The position numbers and the translations under genes are program-made. A DNA stretch of 60,375 nt, the filler included, from Fonticula-like sp. SCN 57-25 (Eukaryota): NCBI GenBank assembly GCA_001724245.1. It is 6 parts of 6 records of this genome, joined end to end, with 100 filler letters (N's around TTAATTAATTAA, not from the genome) between each part and the next. Parts side by side here need not be neighbours in the genome. Positions count along the whole stretch, not along the records: positions 19,481 to 28,723 come from MEDX01000262.1; positions 28,824 to 38,057 come from MEDX01000263.1; 4 more parts are not named here. One strand, 5' to 3'. Positions 22,558-35,800 of this stretch are shown one piece after another (the stretch's first letter is position 1; every line of letters begins with the position of its first letter). Below the pieces are notes generated by a model. The model saw only the letters and a program-made list of their open reading frames with translations, had not been told where the DNA came from and searched no databases.

Positions 22558-23979
22558 ATGAGCCTGTGGGTCGATCAGTTCCGCCCGACGTCGCTCGACA
22601 AGCTCGACTACCACCCCGAGCTGACGAGCCAGCTTCAGAAGCTCGCTAGCACGGGTGATCTCCCTCACTTGTTAGTATATGGGCCGTCAGGCGCCGGAAA
22701 AAAGACGCGCATCAATGCCATGCTGCGCGACATTTACGGCGCGGGCGTCGAAAAGGTCAAGATGGACAACAAGCAATTTGAGGTGCGTCACCTACTTTTG
22801 ATGTTTTTATATTGACGCGTTTAGTAGACGCCGTCGGGGAAAAAGCTCGACCTGACCCTGGTCGCGAGCAACTATCACATTGAAATGAACCCCGGCGATG
22901 TCGGCATCCACGATCGCCTCGTCGTGCAGGAGGTGATCAAGGACATTGCGCAGACGCAGCAGGTCGACGCCCACGCCTCTCGCGCCTTTAAAGGTGCGTT
23001 TATTTTATTTTTTTTGTTTCTTGTTTAAACTGACGCTTCCTTTCAGTGATTGTCGTGCATGAAGCTGATGGCCTCTCGCGCGATGCGCAAGCCGGTCTCC
23101 GCCGCACAATGGAAAAGTACTCTGCCAACCTCCGCCTCGTCCTACTGTGCACCTCCTCGCCAAAGATCATTCAGCCGATCCGCTCGCGATGCCTCCTCGT
23201 GCGCGTGCCTGCCCCCTCTGAGCAGGACATTGTGCGCGTGCTGCTCGGCGTCGGCAAGTCAGCGGGCATCCGCGTGCCGGAAAAGTTTGCTGAGCGGTTG
23301 GCAGAAAAGTCGGACAGGAATTTGCGTCGCGCAATTCTTCTTCTCGAGGCGGCGCACACTCAATCGTACGTCACTTTTTGTTGCTTTTGGGGTGTTTTTT
23401 GAACTTGGAAGCACCCTTTTATGCCTTTGAGCTCTACTTTGAGCTCTTTATACTTACAAATTTTATTATGGTTTTTACTTACACTTTCATAGTAACCCAC
23501 TTGTGGCCGAGCAGCACATTGACGTGCCCGACTGGCAGCGTTACATCATCGAGCTCGCCGCCTTCATCATCGAGCAGCAGACGCCCGAGCGGTACGCCGC
23601 GTCACACTCTTCCCGCCACACTCACGCCAGTTTGCAGTTTGCGCCAGGTGCGTGACCGTTTTTACGAACTGCTCGTGCGGTGCATCCCGCCGACGGTGAT
23701 CATCAAGGTGCGATCGTGATCAGATGTGGGTCATGTGCTGATGATGCGGGTAGACACTCTCGTTTGAGCTGATCCACAGGGTCGATGAGCGGCTACGGGC
23801 GCAGGTCGCACAGGACGCTGCCGAAGCCGTACGTCTCTATAATACTTTTCATGTTTAAGCTGATTTTGTTGTAGGAGCATCGCATGCAGCAGGGGAGCAA
23901 GCCGATCTTTCACCTCGAGGCGTTTGTGGCAAAGTTCATGACCACGTATAGGCACTTTACCATCGCTACTTTTGGCTAA
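22558..23979 (+). CDS. RFC3: Replication factor C 38 kDa subunit (human RFC3 / yeast Rfc5)
   Basis: MSLWVDQFRP, PHLLVYGPSGAGKKTR, SNYHIEMNP, QAGLRRTMEKY, IRSRC, GSKPIFHLEAF. Confidence 0.97.
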
Positions 23980-24412
23980 TTACTCTCAATATACATGCAA
24001 TTTATTACAATTCCACGCTTTATTGAGCATTTTTTTATGGTCACACTAGCCAGATCACGCACACTTCAGGCAATTTCCACCAGGGTGAGCGTAGGCGGAT
24101 TGCTCAGTCACGGTATTGTGAGACTTGGAAAAGCGACTTTATTGTGGATGTCTGGCCCTTTTCAAACGAACCCCTTTTGGGCCAAGAGCAATGACACACG
24201 TGCTACGGAAGAGGGTAGAGAGAGAGAAAGTGAACGTCCGGGCTGACGCGGAACTTGCATGGTCGTGACGGTCGCTTGCCGATCCAATCGGTATCTGACA
24301 GATTGCAAACTACAAACTCCAAGATCGATCGTGCCGCACCGCCCTGTCACACAACCACGTCTCTGGAGGGCACCTGCGCACGGCGGCACGGAAGCTCCTC
24401 TGACCAAAAACA

Positions 24413-25828
24413 ATGCGGTTGTCTCGAGGCTCGAGGAAGTACAGTGTCAGTGTCTGTCATTTTCGTGCGTGGGCTGATGTTCAACGGCGCCGACAAGTTC
24501 GTGGCAACCATCCGGCAGCACGATTGCAAAAACAACGACAGCGCCTGCAACGGCCGCTGGGCGGCAGGGGTTCGCTACTTTCTTCGGTCAGGTACGGTTC
24601 AAACCATCAATTACTGTATGGATATCACCCTATCGTCGTATGGATAATACATAGGTGCAGGGGCCCCGACTGTCCCGACATTGTCTCGTGTTCTCTGTAG
24701 GGTGCCCCCTGTCTCATGTTACAGTATCAACCAATCATATCGGCATTCGACTAATCCAGGGTAGATTCGGACCCTGCGATCGATTGCAATCTTGATCGGA
24801 AGCAATCGTGCCAATCATCGGAAGGGCAAGACAAGGAATTCCACAACGAAAGGACGCCGGCGGGCAACACTGCGCGTCGATGCGGGGATCTCGAAAAAGC
24901 GCGGGGCGTGTGCCGCACACGGTGGTTCTCTTGGCGCTATTGGCGGTCGGTACGTAACTAATAAGCCCCACTAGTCTCTATCTGTCAGAGAAGCTCAGGA
25001 TCTCCTAGCTGTGGGCCAGACTCATCGTGTTACCCAGAAGGCAGGGGGCGTCACTGTGTCTTATTCACAATATGGCCATTGGAAAAATAGATGGGGCAGT
25101 ACGATTGTATTTGTGGAGAAAATGCTGGCCTATTATTAAATGATCCTGTCTCTTTTTTCAATGTCTTTGTAGTCGATTACAGCTATGCAACAATGACCGG
25201 CGAAGGCCCGGGCTTAAATCCTACGCACGTAAACTACTTGCCCTTTGATATTTCTTCATTTGCCGTACGTACTGTAATGGCAGCCCCCTTTCGAATTGTT
25301 TGATGGTTCGGGGCTCACGTTCATCTTTTCATAGCCTACTCCAGCGAAGTTTTGTGCGACGGGGACGCCCAAACTCTACGTATATGCGCACGTCGCTGAC
25401 GGCGGTACCTTTCAATGTATACTCCCCCCTTCAATCTGGGGTCCGTATCCCAATGGTTTAATCGCTGAAGTCCCTCCAACAACATGGTATGCGAACTTCA
25501 TAATTTGCGAGGTAGAATATTGCGTACTGAATATCGATGTAGGAACATGAATGACATTAATTACCCCAACCAACCGACCCTGGCAAGCAATCTTGGCCGC
25601 GTGGTATCGACGGGTTATACTCATGAAGGAGGCCTGTATGCAGACTCTGCGCATTATTATCACGCTCCCATCCACCTAACATTGATGTTGCAGCTGGTAC
25701 TCCGTCCCTCTTTCTGCATCGATGCTCAATGCAGCCGTCCGCCAGAGTACAGTGAATGTATGTATGATGCTCCACCAACAATGTTCACTAATCCTGTACC
25801 CAGATGTCCTTGCGCCACTACGCAATAG
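24413..25828 (+). CDS. Probable upstream exons of the Cys-rich surface protein (or a separate gene); structure unresolved
   Basis: Series of short GT-AG-bounded, Cys-containing open segments on the + strand; no start codon or signal peptide identified. Confidence 0.35.
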
Positions 25829-28723
25829 ACTATGCCACTTCTTGCTTCGCGACTCATGGTTTTGGTCAATCTGTTGCTCCCTATATCGCGTTTGACTACA
25901 ATACCTGCCACGAGAACGCGCAATGCATCAACAACGCCTGTGTCTGTGACGCCCCCCACTATGAAGGGACGGGAACATTCTGTAACTGTACGTAAACATG
26001 CCGCTGATATTCATACATGCGGAAATTATTAACAATAGTTGCAACCTACTAGTTGTTATAACTGTCGGGTGTCTTCGAACAACAATGGGCAACGCATTCT
26101 TTCCTTCCACCAGCAGCTATGTCACTGCGACTGGCGTCTGCGTCGCCACTTTTGCCGGCGCTCCCACCTCAGAGTGCACCCGTGGATCTTGGGGAGCTCT
26201 TGGAGGCACATTGTGTACAAGTACGCTGGCAATCTGCACTCAAATGTCACATTTCTGACCATTGCACCGCAGAGCTGCAATGCCCCGCGAGCACGGACAA
26301 CGTTGGTAACGCAAAATTCTTGCCCGTCAATGCGGGGACAACTGGCACAGGAGTGTGCAACTCGGGCTGGACCGGCTCGGCGACGCGCGCCTGCAACAAC
26401 AACGGGCAGTGGGCGGATACGGCGACCACGTCGTGCACCAGGATCACGTGCGCGGCCACTACTATCGACAACGCCGCGCTACCGCAGACCGAAAGCTTGA
26501 CGACGGCAACGGGCACCTGCGTTGAAGGCTACATGGGAACCCCGCAGGCGGAGTGCTCTGCGTCGGGCACATGGGGCAACGTTTCGCCCGGCTGCGCCAT
26601 CAAGGTCTGCGCACAGCTCACCGACGCGCCCAACAATGTTGTGTGGCCAGCCACTAACGCCTTTGCCATTGCGACGGGTAACTGCTCGATCGGGTATGCC
26701 GGCGTGACGACGCGTCCATGCTTGTCGTCGGGCTCGTTTGGGCCGGTGACCGGGAGCTGCGTGCAGCTCAAGTGCGCCGCGGATAGCTACGATAACGCGA
26801 GCTGGGGCGTGGCAAATGCAGGTGCAATCGCTACTGGCTCGTGTGGATCTGGGTACTCGGGTACGCCAAAGCGCGAATGCCTCATCACGGGCGACTGGTC
26901 AACATCGGTGGCTTTGCCGTGCACGCGTAACCTGTGCCCCGCCGCGACCAACAACAACGCTGTATGGCCCGGCAACACGCCCTCAAACACTGTTGCAGTG
27001 GGCACCTGCCAGCCTGGATTTAGCGGCACGCCTTCTCGCGAGTGCACGGCAGCCGGTGAGTGGGGTGTCATCTCGAACCCTTGCGCACAGATTTACTGCC
27101 CGGCGACGCAACTGGATCATGCGGATTGGCCGCTGACCGCTGCCGGTACGGCGGACGTGAGCGCGCCCTGCGGATCGGGCTATGGCGGCCATGCCGTTCG
27201 CAGCTGCGACATGCACGGCAACTGGGCGACGCTTGTATCTGCGTGCGTTCGCCTGCAGTGCGCAAATGTCACAGAGGGCAACGCCGTATGGGGAACGACC
27301 AACTCGCTGACGCAGGCGACCGGGTCGTGTGTCGCGGGCTATCTGGGCAGCCCGGTGCGTGAGTGCGGCGCAGACGGCTCGTTTGGCCCGATCATCAACG
27401 CGTGCTCGCCGATCCAGTGCCCGCTGCGTTCAGAACAGCGCGCGACGTGGTCGTCGACGAATGCTGGAAGCGTGGATGTGGTGGGCGCGTGCGACGAAGG
27501 CTGGGACGGCGCGCCGACGCGTAGCTGCGGCATGACGGGTGCCTGGGGTTTGATCGGCGGCACTGCGTGTGTCCGTACGTGTTGTGCGCCCTGTCACTTT
27601 GTTGCTTACAGTATGGTACATAGAGCTCAAATGTCCTGCAATGAACGATTCATTGGCGCTTGCTCGCTGGAACGAGGCGCCGGCCGGCGACACGCTCATC
27701 CTGGGCGAATGCTATGCGGGCACGTCGGGCCAGCCGCGGCGCAGCTGCTTCTACAACGGGACGTGGTCGGAAGTGTCCAACCCATGCTCGACAGACCCGT
27801 GCGCGGCACTATCCAACGACGAGCACGCCAACTGGCCTACGGCGTCGGGGCTGAACACTGTTGTAAACGGCACCTGCGTCGCCGGGTACTCGTCGGCCGG
27901 GACGCCGTCGCGCCTCTGCATGAACGATGGCAAGTGGAACACCACAATCGCTGACCCCTGCACGCCGATCTACTGCACCAAGGCAACGCCAGGGTATCTG
28001 CCATTCAACGCGGACTGGCCCGAGACTGTTCAAGCGGGATATTCCGCGTCAGGGACGTGCGCGGCCGGTTTCACGGGTTCGACGACGCGGAGCTGCTCAT
28101 TGACGGGCGAGTGGAACACGCCGTCGCCGCTCTGCAGCCAGATCTCGTGCCCGGCAATTCCGAATGACGGCGCGCACGCGTCCTGGTCGTCCACCGCGGC
28201 TGGCAGCACAGCGACGGGCACATGCCTCGGCGGGTTTGAGGGTGTGCCGCAGCGCAATTGCTCGATCACCGGCCAGTGGGGCGCGGTGAGCTCACCGTGC
28301 GGTCCCAAGAAGTGCGGCGCGCGGTCGGACGGCAACGCGGACTGGCCCGAGACAGTGGGCGGGGCGACCGTGTCGGGCGTGTGCCAGAGCGGCTACGCGG
28401 GCGTGGTTACTCGGACGTGCTCGTCAGACGCCGTGTGGGGCCAGATATCGGGCTCGTGCAACGCACTATCGTGCCCGTCTGAGACAAGCAACGATGTCAT
28501 CTGGCCTGCCACCTCGTCCGGGTCGGTTGCCGTGGGCGCTTGCGTTGAAGGATTTGGCCCGTCTTCGCCTGGTCCGTCGCGCCTCTGCACGAGCAGTGCA
28601 ACTTGGGACGCGCCGACGGGCTCGTGCACGCGTCGCCGCTGTGCAGCGGAGACGTACCAGTCTGCGACGTGGCCGGCTGTCGACTCGATGACGGACGACG
28701 TTCGCGGGACGTGCGTTGAGGGC
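25829..28723 (+). CDS. Large extracellular protein: EGF-like domain followed by at least 16 tandem four-Cys HRM/sushi-like repeats; 3' truncated
   Basis: EGF-like CHENAQCINNACVCDAPHYEGTGTFC. Repeat of ~53 aa: C-x(9-14)-WPxTxAG-x4-GxC-xxG(Y/F)xGxPxRxC-xxxGxW-x(6-7)-C. Confidence 0.88.
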
Positions 28724-28823
28724 NNNNNNNNNNNNNNNNNNNNNNNNNNNNNNNNNNNNNNNNNNNNTTAATTAATTAANNNNNNNNNNNNNNNNNNNNN
28801 NNNNNNNNNNNNNNNNNNNNNNN
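28724..28823. other. Artificial contig linker
   Basis: N44-TTAATTAATTAA-N44. Confidence 0.99.
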
Positions 28824-29696
28824 AGGAGGCGACCGCTTCGTTGACCTTTGACGGTATCAAGTTTGCCGGTCAGCAGCTCAAGCTGAGGCGGTACGCGCAT
28901 GGTTGATATTGGAAAAGGGAAAAAAAGGGATAAAAGTGCCGAAAATGTGTCTTTTATCATTTGATGTCATACCCTATATTGTTTTCTTTCCTTTCTTTAT
29001 TTCTAACCCCTTTATAGTCCTAATGACTATATTGCCGTGAGCGGCCTTGACGGCACCTCGCTCAGCAACCAGATCCCCGAGTCCCCCAACAAGCTCTTTG
29101 TCGGCGGCCTCCCCTCCTACTTTTCCGACGACCAAGTCAAGGAACTCTTGCAGACCATCGGCGAGCTGCGCGCCCTCCACGTGGTCCGCGACGGCGCCGC
29201 CTCCTCAAAGGGCTACGCCTTTTTCGAGTACCTCGACAGCGCCCACACGCCGCTCGCCATCGAGAGCCTCAACGGGCTCGAAGTGGGCGACCGCAAGCTG
29301 CTCGTCCAGCGCGCCGCGGCGGGCCGAAGTGGCGTGACGTCATCGGTGACGTCATCAGGTGATCCATTTTCTTCTTCTGGCTCGGCGGCGGCGGCGACGC
29401 GCGTGCTGCTGCTGCTCAACATGGTGACCGAGGCCGAGCTCGCAGACCCCGCCGAGTACGACGACATTGTCGCGGACGTCCGCGAAGAGTGCGGCAGGTT
29501 TGGTCACGTGATGAATGTGCTTGTGCCGCGGCCTGGTGAGCGGGACGTGGGGCGCGTGATGGTCGAGTTTGGGGACGAGGAGGGGGCCAAGAAGGCGCAC
29601 GCGGCGCTGGCGGGGAGGACGTTTGCGGGGAGGGTCGTCGTGGCGTCGTTCTTTTCAGAGCTCGAGTTTGCCGATAGGGTCGATAGAAGGCGCTGA
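28824..29696 (+). CDS. U2AF2: U2 auxiliary factor large subunit, C-terminal part (end of RRM1, RRM2, UHM)
   Basis: FDGI...LKLRRPNDY, ESPNKLFVGGLP, SKGYAFFEY, TRVLLLLNMVTEAEL...EYDDIVADVREEC, LAGRTFAGRVV. Confidence 0.96.
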
Positions 29697-30026
29697 TTGG
29701 ATGGAAAGGGCGTTTGTTTCTGTTTGATAAAATATAGCTTGTAATTGGCAAGGTTACCATGTCCATATTTATGCGTATGATATCGATGTTCCAAAAAGGA
29801 TTGTCACAGTATTGCTACAGTGCGGAAAGAAAGTAGAGTAGTACATATATTGGTATGAAGGCGGCCATTTGCACGGTGGCGGCACGCATAGTAGTTGATC
29901 ACTCGTACAAATACATAGAGAGATGGAGAGACTGGGACTGAGACTGAGAGTGAAGACAGAGAGAAAAAGAATGGGAACAAGAAGTATAGATGAGTAGCCA
30001 AGACCAGTTCAGGTAGAGTTGAAAAA

Positions 30027-30140
30027 GACAAGATAAGACAAGATCAGTTCAAGATCATGTTCAAGATCAAGATCAAGATCATGTTGCAAGATCATGTTCA
30101 AGATCAAACCAAGATCTGTCCAAGATCGAACCAAGATCCG
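30027..30140. repeat. Degenerate intergenic microsatellite (CAAGAT units)
   Basis: caagatcaagatcaagatcatgttgcaagatcatgttcaagatc and similar. Confidence 0.8.
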
Positions 30141-30147
30141 TTCAACT

Positions 30148-31380
30148 TCACGACTGATCACCAACATAAAAGTTTGACGTCATGTCGTTGTCGTCCACCT
30201 GCGCGTCCTCGCCGTCCTCGTCGCTCGACGCGTTCGACCGCGCATCGTCATTGGCCGAGCCGCCGTCCGACTCGCGCGCCTGCATCTATGTACAGTCAGC
30301 GTTTGATCACGTGATGAGTGTTTGTTCGTACTGGTGAAGGACTGCCCGACAGGCGGTTGCTGTCGAGCTTGAAGCAGTCCTTGCAGATGCGCTGCAGCTG
30401 AAGCTGGCCCTGGGGGTTCATCATGGCTGCCTTGTGGTTCGAGCACGCGCCGCAGCACACGCGGCCGCAGCGGCGGCAGTGGTGCTAAGAAGAGGTCAGA
30501 AATGGGACAAGGAAAGAGACACAAGATCATGTGTAACACAAGGGAAAATAGGCAAAAAAACAATATAATATGCAAAATAACAGTATACATAGGCAAAAAT
30601 ATACGTAAAATACAACCACAGCAAGATCATTTTGATGGTCACCAGGAGAAGAGTTGCGTAAACATGAGACACGAGACAAGTCAACATCAAAGGAACAAGG
30701 CAACAGATCATACACGAAAGAGACAGCAGCACGTTCAATACACACAAATATAGACAATTACACGTTCAATATTCACTATAAAGACAGCTCCCATGATACA
30801 CGAGGACGTACGCGGCGATTAAAGGTGGAGAACTTTTGCGTATTGCAGACCATGCACTTGTCGACCTCGACGTCTGGCGTCTACAAACAGCACGCGGTGA
30901 GCCGCCAAGCACATTCACAAACACATAATAAGAAAAAGAAAGGAAAAAAAGGCGTACCCAGAGGGCCGCAAAGGGGCGCTGCTTCTCGGCTTTCGGCTGG
31001 CTCGCGATGCACATGTTGATGTGCTGCTCCCAGTCGGCGGCCTCCTGCTCGGTGGACGTCTGCAGCGTGATCGACTGCGCGGGGTGACGCAAGACAATGC
31101 GCAGCGGCGCCACCTTGGTCGCCTCCATCTCGTTCACGTTGAGCATGATCGGGCGGCCGTACTTTTTCTTGCCGACAACCACGGCGTACAAGACGCAATC
31201 ATTGAACAGGATCACTTGCCGCGGCTTGAGCTTTTTCCGGCACTGCTTCAGAAGAACACCCTCGCCGACGAGAATGCGACCAGGCTTGAGGAACGACTCG
31301 GTCGAGGCCGGGAAGCACGCCTGGAAGGTGCGGATCCGCTGCTCATTGTCGCCCCACACTTGAACCTCGGCAGAGGCCAT
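30148..31380 (-). CDS. PLEKHF2: Phafin-like PH + FYVE protein with acidic tail
   Basis: NEQRIRTFQACF...PGRILVGEGVLLKQCRKKLKPRQ; FYVE W-TPD...CMVC...FNRRHHCRRCGRVCCGACS...RICKDC; D/E-rich C-terminus. Confidence 0.9.
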
Positions 31381-31484
31381 CTCGGTAAGGTGGTTTACCG
31401 GCAGGGCTGTGGCAGGGCTGTGTCATATTGGATGATCAGTTTGCAGTTTGCATCGAGGCACGCGGCTGCACGCTCTGCGCGACC

Positions 31485-32070
31485 ATGGCGACCATGTCGA
31501 GCAAGTTGATGGGCATGAAGGTGCGCACGCGGTGACGAAACGGGGCGCGTTTGGTGCTAATGGGTGGTTTTTGTTTGTGCGGCAGTTTATGCAGCGGAGA
31601 GCGGATCCCAGCACGATTGTCACGCCCGAGGTGCCCGTGACGCTCGATGAGTCGTTCTGGATGCTCGATGCTGACCTCGGGGAGGCCGCCAAAAGGTACT
31701 TTTCGCTTATTTCAGTCACTCGGTCTTTTCGTTTGACCCACATACTAACTGTTTCTTTTCTGTAGCGCTGTTGAATATGAGCCAAGCGAGTTTCTTATTG
31801 TCGGCGGGTACGCCCCGACCCGGCGCAGCTTCACCGCCCCGGCCAAAGTGCGCTCGAATCCCTTTTCCATTTGTCACCCACCTGCTCACACCGCCATTTT
31901 AGTCTACCGTGCAGGAGCCCGTGTTTTCTATTGAGGATGATGCAGAGGTCAAGGCCGAGGACATGGCTGAGCAGTTTGGGATGCGCGGGCAGTCAAAGCA
32001 CTCGAAGCGGAAGCACGAAAAGGAGGGCAAGAAGAAGAACGGCGGAGGGTCTCGCCCGAGGCTACGCTAA
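31485..32070 (+). CDS. MPHOSPH6: Exosome cofactor MPP6-like protein, 4 exons
   Basis: Spliced MSSKLMGMK|FMQRR...ESFWMLD...RRSF...EVKAEDMA resembles MPP6 (LSxxLxxMKFMQR, WxLD, RxSF); basic tail. Confidence 0.8.
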
Positions 32071-32860
32071 TTGAGTGCACGCAGCGCTCCTCTTTCGTGT
32101 ATCATATGAGCCTTATTCTCTCTGTATATAATGAACCTGCAATGATCCTTGAACATAGACACCACTTTTGTCCCAAATCCGCCCCAGATTCATGAAAATC
32201 GAGAGTGGAATCAAGGGCAGACTTGGCTCTGATTGGTCAATTCGACCGCAGCAGGCCAATGAGAGCGTGCAGTAGTTTCGAATACAAAAGAGAAAAAGTC
32301 ATAGTAATTCAAATAGGAAAGAAGCTTGGACTTTAAGCTATTCAGTGCCAATAATACCGCCGCTAGGCCCGCGTTTTCCTGTCCTTTATTTTGAGCCACT
32401 TTAAGAGAATGATCCTGCATGCTCCATTGGTCTGCCGGTTCACATTGCCCCCCCGGCGAATCCATTGTAAAACGGTGCAACCTGGCAGATTCACAACCAT
32501 GTGACAGGGTTGCTGATGGGCGCGCGTTGACCAAGTCAACGCGTGCGTCAAGATGTCAATCTACTTGACAAATTGAAGGCGATCGTGATTGGTCGAAATT
32601 GCCGTTCGCACGTTTTCAACGAAAAGAAAAGGGCCTTGCACGACCATTTCTCGCCACCTGCCTCTCCCCGCTTCGTGCCAGCCACCCCCCCGGAGCAGCA
32701 CTCGGGACACACTCGCATTGCCTTGTAAGCTCAGCGGTGTGCCTGCGTTGTCTGCCCTAGACCTACTCTAGGTTTCTTTGCATTCTCTTGCAGAGAGGGG
32801 CTTTTCGAAAGGAGTTTGAGAGGTTGCTTTGGAGGCATCTTTTCCAAGAGCCTTTCCGAC

Positions 32861-35800
32861 ATGTTCAAGCGTGCGAGCGCCCTGGTGCTCGTGCTGCTGG
32901 CGTCGGCCGTCCTTGCCTCAGGTGCGCTCTTGTTTTGATGTGCATGATCGATGTGTCAATGTGTCTACCTGTCAATGTGTCAAACTCCTGATTTGGATCT
33001 TCCGTTGCTGACCTTTGCGCGCCATTTACCATGCGTCCCCGAAAATAGAGATTCGCTTTTCCAAGCCGTCTTTTGATGTGGACGAAAGCGCCGGCGTTGC
33101 CGAGATCACGCTTCTGCGTTTTTTGACTGATTCCCGCGAGGTCTTTTCCTTTGCGACCCTTGAGGGCACCGCCGTCGAGGGCTTTGACTTTCGTGGCGTG
33201 CTCGCCGATGTCGTCTTTGATGCCGGCGTCGAGTCCGTTTCCGTTCCCGTGACTGTTTTTGACAACTTTTGGAATGACGGCCAGCGCACTGTTTCGCTGA
33301 CGGTCGCCGACAAGATTGGCTCATCGCGCGCATCCGCGCTGCTGACCATCCACGATAACGAAGATGCCGTCGATGGCGTGGTCAACGCCGGTGCTTCGAC
33401 CGAGGATACCGACCCGAACAACGCGTACCTTCGCCTGTTCCGCCGCGCGTCTGTCCTCGCCACGTCGACCGTCGAGCCCACCACGACCGCCGTCGCCACG
33501 ACGACCGCCCCCCCGACGACCACCACCGGCGCGCCCTGCTCGATCGGCTGCGACGGCGTCTGTCGCGAGGTCCCCTACGTGCCCGACGACTGCGACGTGT
33601 GCGGCCCGCCGCTCGTGAACCAGACCTCGCCCGCGCGCGACTGCGCCGGCGTCTGCTTCGGCACTGCCCACGAGAACGTCTGCGGCGTCTGCGTCGGCGG
33701 CTCGACCCGCCTTCCCGTCACCACCGGCCTTGACGCCTGCGGCGTCTGCTTTGGCGACAACTCGACCTGCACTGACTGCGCGGGTGTCGTTCACGGCAAC
33801 GCGACTGAGGACGTTTGCGGCGTCTGCAACGGCGACGCGTCGTCCTGCACGCGCTTCACCGACGTCATCCCCAACTCTGGTCCCGAGTCGCCCAGCGTGG
33901 TCACCATCCACGGTGCTGGCTTCCGCGATGCCGAGGGCAACGTTCGCAACGTGCGCTGCATTGTCACCGACATGAACGGCGGCAGCGTTGGCGCCGTCGT
34001 CAGCTCGCCGAGCGTCGCCGCCTGCCCGCTGTCGACCTTTTCGTCGTCGGGCGTCAAGCAGTTTTCGATCACCATCGAGGGCGCCCCGCTCGGCCCGCTC
34101 CAGTACGTCGTCATCCCGGGCCAGCTCCCCGCCCTCGACGACATCACCTACAAGGCGTACATCAACACTGCCGGCCAGCACCTGACCGTTGCCGGCAGCA
34201 ACTTCTTTGACCCCACGCCGCTCGACCTCGAGGATCTCAAGGGCTACGCGCCGATTGTGTGCAAGCACACCTTTGGCAGCGAGGTCATGTACACCAACGG
34301 CACGTACATTAACGCCACGAGCGTCGACTGCGCTTTGCCGACCATCCCGCTTAAGTCGCGCGCCGGCACGCTCGCCGTCTCCTTCACGGCCTTTGACGGT
34401 GTCTACACCAACGCGGTCAACGTCGAGTACTGGCAGTTCCGCCCGACCATCCTCACGGCGCGCTTCTCCAACTCGGCCGCCCGCATCACCGTGCTCTACA
34501 ACACCACCGTCGCCGTCGATGGCGTCCCTGGCTACGGCCAGAACGGCAGCGTCTGCAACATTTTCTTCCCGACGACCACCGTCGCGCTCTTTGGCCTCAA
34601 CCCGACGTGCACGTTCCTCTCGGGCTCCCTCATGTCCATCAGCCTCGTACGCACATTCTAATTATTTATTGCCCTTTTGCTGACGTTTTCCATAGGGCTC
34701 GAATGCGCTTGTGAGCCTCACGACGCCGCTCGTGTCCGTCTCGAACGTGCTCGAGGCCGACCAGCAGTTCTGCGATGCCCTCACGGTCGCCCCGCTTGTT
34801 GAGGCGCCGTCCGTCGTGCCGCCGGCCACGCCCGTCGCGTTTGCCCCGCAGCAGCTGTCGATTTGCACGCCGCTGACCGTCACTGGCGCCAACTCGTTTG
34901 GTACCGCCGGCCGCGCGCTCTCGTACTACTGGTCGATCTCGCCGATGCCGTCGTCGCCCGAGGCGCAGGCCGTCATCGCCGCGCTCAACAACAACGCCAC
35001 CGCGTCGTTCACGTTCGCCGCCGGCACCCTCGACGTTGGCACCTACTCGATCTCGCTGCGCGTCGCCAACTTTTTGTCGACCGTCTCGGCCCCGACGACC
35101 ATCTCGGTGACTGTCTCGAGCGGCCCCGTGCCGACGCTTTCGTTCGACTATGAGACGCCGCTCGTCGTCGTCGCTTCGGACGAGACCGCGCTCGTGCCGA
35201 CCGTCACGTTTGCCCCGTGCGCCACCGCCCAGACTCTCGTGAGCTTTTCGTGGACCGTCAGCCCGGCGCTGCCCAACTTTGTGCCCGGCACCGGCAGCAG
35301 CCTCTTTGTCCCGCGCAACAAGTTCAGCGTCACCGTCGGCTCGTACACTGTGACCGTCACCGCCTCGACCACCGTCGGCGCCGAGACCTTCACGTCGACC
35401 GCCTCGCACCCGCTCATTGTGCGCCCGCCGCTTCTCAGCACGCGCGTCATTGGTGGCGCGCGCCGCTCGGTCGGCACCAACTCTGGCCTCTCGATTCCGT
35501 TCGTCGTTGTCGACCCCGCCGGCCAGGCCAACCGCCCCGCCACGGCGTCGCTTACGTGCACCAACGTTGCGCCCAACGCGCCCGACAACCTCTGCCGCTT
35601 TGTCGATGTGTTTAACCCGTCGTCGTACCTCATCTGGAGCGCGCAGAACATGAACATTGTCCTGTCGGGCTCCAAGGAGCCGCAGTCGTTTGCCTTTAGC
35701 TCGTTCCAGGAGTACTCGATGATCACGTCGGTGCACTACCGCTTCCACGTTGAAGTCTATGACACGCTGCGCGACGTCACCACCGTCGACGCCGTCGTCA

